From IMG/VR virus record IMGVR_UViG_3300030109_003613: DNA of 64,000 nucleotides; one strand, 5' to 3'. The notes below the pieces were generated by a model that was not told the origin of the DNA, ran no database searches, and saw nothing but the letters and a program-made list of their open reading frames with translations. Shown here piece by piece: positions 59,365 to 64,000 of this stretch; position 1 is the stretch's first letter; every line of letters begins with the position of its first letter. Position numbers and translations under genes: made by a program. Source of the stretch: an uncultured virus (IMG/VR IMGVR_UViG_3300030109_003613). Its lineage: Duplodnaviria > Heunggongvirae > Uroviricota > Caudoviricetes.

Positions 59365-61866
59365 TTAATTTTTTATTATTTTATTATTAATTTGTTTTTC
59401 TTTGTATATAATTTGTAAATTATATATTCCTTTAGGATAAGAACTTAAATCTATTCTTTTTACATTTTTTAAATCTAATAATTTCTTTCCTGTCATATTA
59501 TAAACTATTACATCTACAATTGAATGTGCTGTAATATTTATTACATCTTTTGTAGGATTAGGATAAATTAATAGTTCATTTTCTCTTAATTCTTCTATAT
59601 TAACAGGCCCAGTCCACCCATCAATACAATATTGATATAATCCATCACAAGAAGAATCCCAATCTATATCACAACAATAACTATCTATATCTATCACCCA
59701 AGCAAAACATTCATTTGGTAAATAATAAACATCTCCTACTGCGCATCCTGCTGTATAATAACAAGAACTATCTGACACATTAGCTAGTATGTTATAATTT
59801 ATAGCTGATATATCAGTACATCCTTCAATTATTTCTATACAACTGTTATCATCATAACATGCATTAGAATTATAATTTAATGCTGTACTATCTGTGCATC
59901 CTGATATATAACAACAAGTATTATTTAATGTATTAGCTAAAGGATCAAAATTAAGAGCTGCCGCATCTGTGCATCCATACACAAAAGGTTCGCAAGTTCC
60001 ATTGTCTGTATTAGCTGTAGCATTATAATTATACATTGTTGAATCAGTACATCCATAAATATACGGAATACAACTTCCATTATTTGTATTAGCATTTGCA
60101 TCGTAATTCCACATTGAAGCATCTGTACATCCAAATACAACAGGAATACAAGAATTATCATCTGTATTTGCTAATACATTATAATTAAAGGCTACAGGGT
60201 CAGTGCAGCCCCAGACTACTGGCGTGCACGTGCCATCATCTGTATTCGCTAAAGGGTTAAAGTTAAATGCTGTAGGGTCTATACATCCTTCTATAATAGG
60301 TATACAATTACCATCATCTACATTTGCATTTACATTATAATTAAACATTGTACTATCAGTACATCCCTCTATAACATCTATACAAGATCCAGCTATTTCT
60401 ATATTAGCCGCTGGATTATAATTTAAAGCTGTTGAATCCATACATCCATAAACAGCAAGTGTTAAACAAGATCCATCATCATAGTCATATAAAGCATCAT
60501 ATTCTAAATACAATGGATTCATACATCCTGGATTATAATAACAACTTCCATCGTTTGTATTTTTTGTAGGATCATAATTTACTGCTAAAGAATCTATACA
60601 TCCATATGTTCTAGGAATACATTCATTACCACAATCTGTTACAGCTGTAATCCACATAAATGGAGGTATTTGTTGTTGAAATTGAAAACCTCCTGGATAA
60701 TATAAAGTTGTATCTCCTGAAGCACTAACTAAACTAAATCCACATTGATTAGCAGTTCCATCAGATTGAGTTGTAGTTACAAATTGAACTCTAACAGCTT
60801 CTGGAGCTCCTAAATTAAATACAAAACTTGTATCAGACATACCCATTGGTAAAAAGAATATACCTATAAGATCGTATCCTTGTTCTACAACTAGTGTTGA
60901 TCCTGCCCATCCATTACCTCCTAAATCAGTAAGATTTAATGTATAATCACAATCATTTATATACACATCAGTATTAGCTGAATCTACATAATTAAATGCA
61001 GTACTATCTGTACACCCCCAAACAACAGGAGTTAAACAACTACCGTCATCTATTACAGCTAATGGATTATATTCTAAATAATTCCAATCCATACATCCAA
61101 TAACTGGAGGTGGTGGAGCACAAGTATCAGATTGAAAAAAATGTGTTGTATCGTTTTCAAATGCTGGATCTGTTCCAAATATTAATGTATCAGTACATTG
61201 TACTACATAATATGAACCATCATTTCCTCCCCAAAGAGACCCTTGTAACCCATCTCCATATGCATCATTAATAGTAAATTCTAACGGAATAACTGGTAAA
61301 CATAAATCTACAGACTGCGGTTGATACGCAGGTGCAGCATACGGACCTCCTTGAAATAATACATTTCCTAAAGTATCTGCTATTTCCCAAGTAGTTTCAC
61401 CTGGATATTGATCAACATTTATAATAATTGTTGCATTTTCACATAAAGGTGGAGGTGGAGGTGGTGCATTTGGATTACACGGCCCTATATTAAATGTTTG
61501 TGTATAAACACCAAAAGCAAAATCTGCTGGTATATTTAATATTTGTCCTTCACAATGGTTTAAAAGATTTATATACCCAACTATACCACTGTCTACCCAT
61601 CCATCACCCCACGCATCAAACATAACAAGGTTATAAGAACCTGCATCTAAAAGAATCGTATCAATTAATAGTTCATTTACTTGAGTTGGTTGAAAATAAT
61701 ATAATGTATCTGAATTAGAATCTGATATATAAAAATATGATTCTTGTGGACCATATGAATCAAACTGAGCTTCAACAGCTAAATATGAAGACTGCCCAAA
61801 TAAAGTAGCAGTTGTAAAAACTACTATTATTAATACCGCATACAAAAATTTTGTAAAGTTGTTCAT
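59365..61866 (-). CDS. Secreted Cys/Asp-repeat protein with type A T9SS C-terminal sorting domain
   Basis: Signal peptide ending TLFG-Q; D.WGDGW/D.YGDG/GGNGW.G beta domains; 13 GC.D..A.NY...AN.DDGSC repeats; C-terminal IYPNPTKD.INI...YNMTG...GIY.LQI...KIIKN. Confidence 0.9.
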   Translation of the reverse strand: MNNFTKFLYAVLIIVVFTTATLFGQSSYLAVEAQFDSYGPQESYFYISDSNSDTLYYFQPTQVNELLIDTILLDAGSYNLVMFDAWGDGWVDSGIVGYINLLNHCEGQILNIPADFAFGVYTQTFNIGPCNPNAPPPPPPLCENATIIINVDQYPGETTWEIADTLGNVLFQGGPYAAPAYQPQSVDLCLPVIPLEFTINDAYGDGLQGSLWGGNDGSYYVVQCTDTLIFGTDPAFENDTTHFFQSDTCAPPPPVIGCMDWNYLEYNPLAVIDDGSCLTPVVWGCTDSTAFNYVDSANTDVYINDCDYTLNLTDLGGNGWAGSTLVVEQGYDLIGIFFLPMGMSDTSFVFNLGAPEAVRVQFVTTTQSDGTANQCGFSLVSASGDTTLYYPGGFQFQQQIPPFMWITAVTDCGNECIPRTYGCIDSLAVNYDPTKNTNDGSCYYNPGCMNPLYLEYDALYDYDDGSCLTLAVYGCMDSTALNYNPAANIEIAGSCIDVIEGCTDSTMFNYNVNANVDDGNCIPIIEGCIDPTAFNFNPLANTDDGTCTPVVWGCTDPVAFNYNVLANTDDNSCIPVVFGCTDASMWNYDANANTNNGSCIPYIYGCTDSTMYNYNATANTDNGTCEPFVYGCTDAAALNFDPLANTLNNTCCYISGCTDSTALNYNSNACYDDNSCIEIIEGCTDISAINYNILANVSDSSCYYTAGCAVGDVYYLPNECFAWVIDIDSYCCDIDWDSSCDGLYQYCIDGWTGPVNIEELRENELLIYPNPTKDVINITAHSIVDVIVYNMTGKKLLDLKNVKRIDLSSYPKGIYNLQIIYKEKQINNKIIKN
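59749..60603 (-). repeat. 11 tandem ~26-aa Cys-bracketed repeats within the T9SS cargo gene
   Basis: For example GCTDSTMFNYNVNANVDDGNCIPIIE and GCIDPTAFNFNPLANTDDGTCTPVVW; 855 nt over 11 units; two more copies upstream. Confidence 0.9.
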
Positions 61867-61870
61867 ATTT

Positions 61871-62065
61871 TTATTTATTTTCTATTTTATTTAATATTTT
61901 TGTTAAACTGTCTTGTTTTAAACTATCAGTCATATTTTGTTCTATTAAGTACTCATACTCAATTAAAGCTTTATCGTATCTATCTTGCAAATGATTTAAC
62001 TTCATACCATTATACGCCCAAATAAAAAACATACCACAAATAATAAAATATATAATATTTAACAT
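61871..62065 (-). CDS. Small membrane-anchored coiled-coil protein
   Basis: N-terminal TM followed by a heptad-like region. Confidence 0.55.
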   Translation of the reverse strand: MLNIIYFIICGMFFIWAYNGMKLNHLQDRYDKALIEYEYLIEQNMTDSLKQDSLTKILNKIENK

Positions 62066-62433
62066 TAAAATTTACTCATTATAATTTCATTAATAACTTC
62101 TTGTACTTCTTTTCTTGTAGCAGCAAGTTTAAAACTTAAATCTGCTTGAAACCTATCAATTTCTTCTCCATCATCAAATATTACAATTGTTGGTACAATT
62201 GCTATTTTATACTTAGCTTGTATATTATCTACACTTATATCTAAATTAGATGTCTTACAATCTTTAAGTTCAGGTAAATAATTAATTCCATTTTGTGTAT
62301 TCCAATCAGCATTAAATTGAACTACCTGTATACCATCACTACTAACTTGAGCACTACAAGCACTTGAAAATAGTAATATTAATCCTATTATTAATATGTA
62401 TATACTAAATATCCTACTAAGTTCTTTTTTCAT
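62065..62433 (-). CDS. Exported thioredoxin-fold protein lacking CxxC
   Basis: Signal peptide ...SSACSA-Q; VVQFNADWN in place of F.A.WC..C; KYKIAIVPTIVIFDDGEEIDRF. Confidence 0.75.
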   Translation of the reverse strand: MKKELSRIFSIYILIIGLILLFSSACSAQVSSDGIQVVQFNADWNTQNGINYLPELKDCKTSNLDISVDNIQAKYKIAIVPTIVIFDDGEEIDRFQADLSFKLAATRKEVQEVINEIIMSKF

Positions 62434-62435
62434 AT

Positions 62436-62651
62436 TTATTTTTTTGCAAATTTTTCTACTCCACTAATTCCAAAAGTTCCTAATACAACCCATACAAATG
62501 AATCATATACAAACTCGTTTATAACTAGATCTTTACCTGTATAACCAGATATAACATCAGCTAACATAACTATCACCATAATAGCAAAAGCAATAAAACC
62601 TACAATAGATTTTTCATTCCAATCATTATTATTTTTAAATATTTCAAACAT
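62436..62651 (-). CDS. Small two-TM membrane protein (holin-like)
   Basis: 71 aa; two hydrophobic helices, ends GVEKFAKK. Confidence 0.6.
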   Translation of the reverse strand: MFEIFKNNNDWNEKSIVGFIAFAIMVIVMLADVISGYTGKDLVINEFVYDSFVWVVLGTFGISGVEKFAKK

Positions 62652-62652
62652 A

Positions 62653-62937
62653 TTATTTTAATTTATCAATTTTATCCTCAATACGTCTCATATCTTCTTT
62701 TATTTCTTTTACATCATCTTGAGTATTTAGAATAGTAGATCTAATATTTTCATCTTTCATTTGAAACTCCATTCTAGTTACTTCTGGTGGAGGCGCTACA
62801 GGTAATTCTTTAGCTTCTTCTATATCAGCTTGTAGCATAAACCACATACTGATTATAGTTACCATAGCAAAACCAATAGCTACAAGAGTTTTTACACTTA
62901 ATTTAAAGGACGTATCTTCGTTTAATTCTTTTGCCAT
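62653..62937 (-). CDS. Membrane-anchored coiled-coil protein
   Basis: One TM followed by a coiled-coil C-terminus. Confidence 0.6.
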   Translation of the reverse strand: MAKELNEDTSFKLSVKTLVAIGFAMVTIISMWFMLQADIEEAKELPVAPPPEVTRMEFQMKDENIRSTILNTQDDVKEIKEDMRRIEDKIDKLK

Positions 62938-62938
62938 A

Positions 62939-63148
62939 TTAATTCCAAAATGTTATTTTACCTATTATACCTAAAATTGCAATCCATATAGACCACAATA
63001 CTTTTGTTGTTGACTTTCTAAAATCTGTATTTTTATTAACTCTTGCTATAGTTCCATCATCTGGGTCTAGTAGCTTCTTTTTAATAAACCTTACATCTTC
63101 TTTAAGGTCTTTTAGTTCATCGTGTATTTGCTTATTTGTTATAGGCAT
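62939..63148 (-). CDS. Coiled-coil protein with C-terminal TM
   Basis: 69 aa; ...VLWSIWIAILGIIGKITFWN. Confidence 0.6.
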   Translation of the reverse strand: MPITNKQIHDELKDLKEDVRFIKKKLLDPDDGTIARVNKNTDFRKSTTKVLWSIWIAILGIIGKITFWN

Positions 63149-63321
63149 TACACTTCAAACCCTAAATTTAATATCATAAATCTAAATCTTTTTGCTGTGC
63201 AATTTTCATCACAAAACAAGCAAGCTTTAAATTCTAAAACTGTAAATGTTCCTAATCTAAGATTAAGTTCAAACTTTTGCTTTTTATTTCCGGCTTTAAA
63301 ACCGTTTATCCAATTTACCAT
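63148..63321 (-). CDS. Small hypothetical protein (57 aa)
   Basis: MVNWINGFKAGNKKQKFELNLRLGTFTVLEFKACLFCDENCTAKRFRFMILNLGFEV; TAATG-coupled to the next gene; not in track. Confidence 0.65.
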   Translation of the reverse strand: MVNWINGFKAGNKKQKFELNLRLGTFTVLEFKACLFCDENCTAKRFRFMILNLGFEV

Positions 63322-63332
63322 AATTATAATTT

Positions 63333-63701
63333 TTAACGTTTTCCGCCATGATATTCTACAGCATGGCCTTCTTTAATTAATTGTTTATTAACATTGATTT
63401 GTGTAATCTGATCGGTTCCGTCAAGTTTATCGACATATAACTCTCCTAATACACGACCATATTTACCCAATTCTTTAGACTCTAGAGTAAAGCTAGGATT
63501 TTCAGCGAAAATAGCTTTCACCCTATCTTTGGCTGCTAACCCTCTAGCTTTCTCTTCTAAATCTCTAGTTCTGCTTTCTGGTGCATTTATACCAGCAAAC
63601 CTAACTCTTTTTTTAATAGACACATCAAATCCTAAATCTATATTGACATCTATTGTATCTCCGTCAACTACTTTTTCTAATTTAGCTTTATATGTATACA
63701 T
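63333..63701 (-). CDS. Thermonuclease (SNase) family nuclease
   Basis: VVDGDTI, RFAGINAPE, GKYGRVLG, LIKEGHA. Confidence 0.88.
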   Translation of the reverse strand: MYTYKAKLEKVVDGDTIDVNIDLGFDVSIKKRVRFAGINAPESRTRDLEEKARGLAAKDRVKAIFAENPSFTLESKELGKYGRVLGELYVDKLDGTDQITQINVNKQLIKEGHAVEYHGGKR

Positions 63702-63702
63702 A

Positions 63703-63999
63703 TTAAAATATTTTATAATTTATTCCAAATTTAAAATCATACCATTTTCGATTCCAGTATTTGTTATACTTTCCTTCTACAAAACATCCTACATTTCTAT
63801 TTAAATTATATCCAAAAATTACACCCCCTGAATAATCAGACCATTGTTTTCCATCATTAAAATTATGATAAGAAAATTCTCCTCCATTATTATAGTGCAG
63901 AGGCATTACATTGCCCCATGAGTGTAACCAAAAATCTTTTTTATAATGATAAAAATCAAATCCTAAAACTAATGAGTGAACCCATTGATTAGGCAATTC
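63703..63999 (-). CDS. C-terminal part of a probable outer-membrane beta-barrel protein (truncated by window edge)
   Basis: Aromatic-rich alternating strands (LGFDFYHY, GVIFGYNL, GCFVEGKY) ending FGINYKIF with a terminal Phe; frame open to the window end. Confidence 0.6.
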   Translation of the reverse strand, partial: ELPNQWVHSLVLGFDFYHYKKDFWLHSWGNVMPLHYNNGGEFSYHNFNDGKQWSDYSGGVIFGYNLNRNVGCFVEGKYNKYWNRKWYDFKFGINYKIF

Positions 64000-64000
64000 A

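Noticed and set aside
59749..60603. CRISPR array or DNA-level repeat element
   Set aside because: The ~78-nt periodicity is degenerate at the DNA level and fully explained by in-frame protein repeats.
216..63804. Antisense or overlapping short ORFs in the track (e.g. 216-413, 5317-5643, 7973-8239, 18038-18379, 32006-32389, 51293-51625, 63529-63804)
   Set aside because: Shadow frames of well-supported genes, with S/L/F/I-rich composition typical of antisense translation.
1..64000. Stop-codon reassignment as in some crAss-like phages
   Set aside because: Very long ORFs are intact in the standard code, and TAG/TGA end genes at sensible places (e.g. 10700, 14081, 21923).
59365..64000. Host chromosome flank (prophage boundary)
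   Set aside because: Genes are co-oriented, tightly coupled and interleaved with phage-type genes (SNase, holin-like, M15 endolysin); no integrase or att site seen. A chimera cannot be excluded without reads.

Overview
This AT-rich, densely coding window is part of a lytic crAss-like (Crassvirales-related) phage genome. The host is probably a Bacteroidota/Flavobacteriia cell, judging by TAnnTTTG host promoters, A-rich Shine-Dalgarno-less starts and a T9SS sorting domain. It has three blocks. (1) 1-3430 (minus): start of the packaging operon, with GroES, wHTH, DUF6171, HU/IHF and a truncated large terminase, preceded by a ~250-nt structured non-coding segment. (2) 3580-24040 (plus): early small ORFs separated by long RNA stems, then replication/repair genes: PolA, SF2 helicase, DnaB, DnaA-domain-IV protein, AAA_24 ATPase, primase, phosphoesterase, endonuclease, rIIA, spore photoproduct lyase, rIIB, 5'-3' exonuclease and DUF1599. 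(3) 24095-64000 (minus): late genes, including a 4106-aa virion RNA polymerase and other ejected cargo, muzzle/ring proteins, holin, M15 endolysin and a cluster of host-envelope-targeted proteins. Capsid and portal genes lie outside the window. The standard genetic code is used, and I saw no tRNA, CRISPR array or integrase. The most notable signals are a phage-encoded T9SS cargo/envelope module, a recurrent xxGG motif in internal virion proteins, a promoter-bearing structured ncRNA, a set of long-stem intergenic RNAs, and an SP lyase inserted between rIIA and rIIB. All family calls are from motif recognition by eye; no database searches were run.
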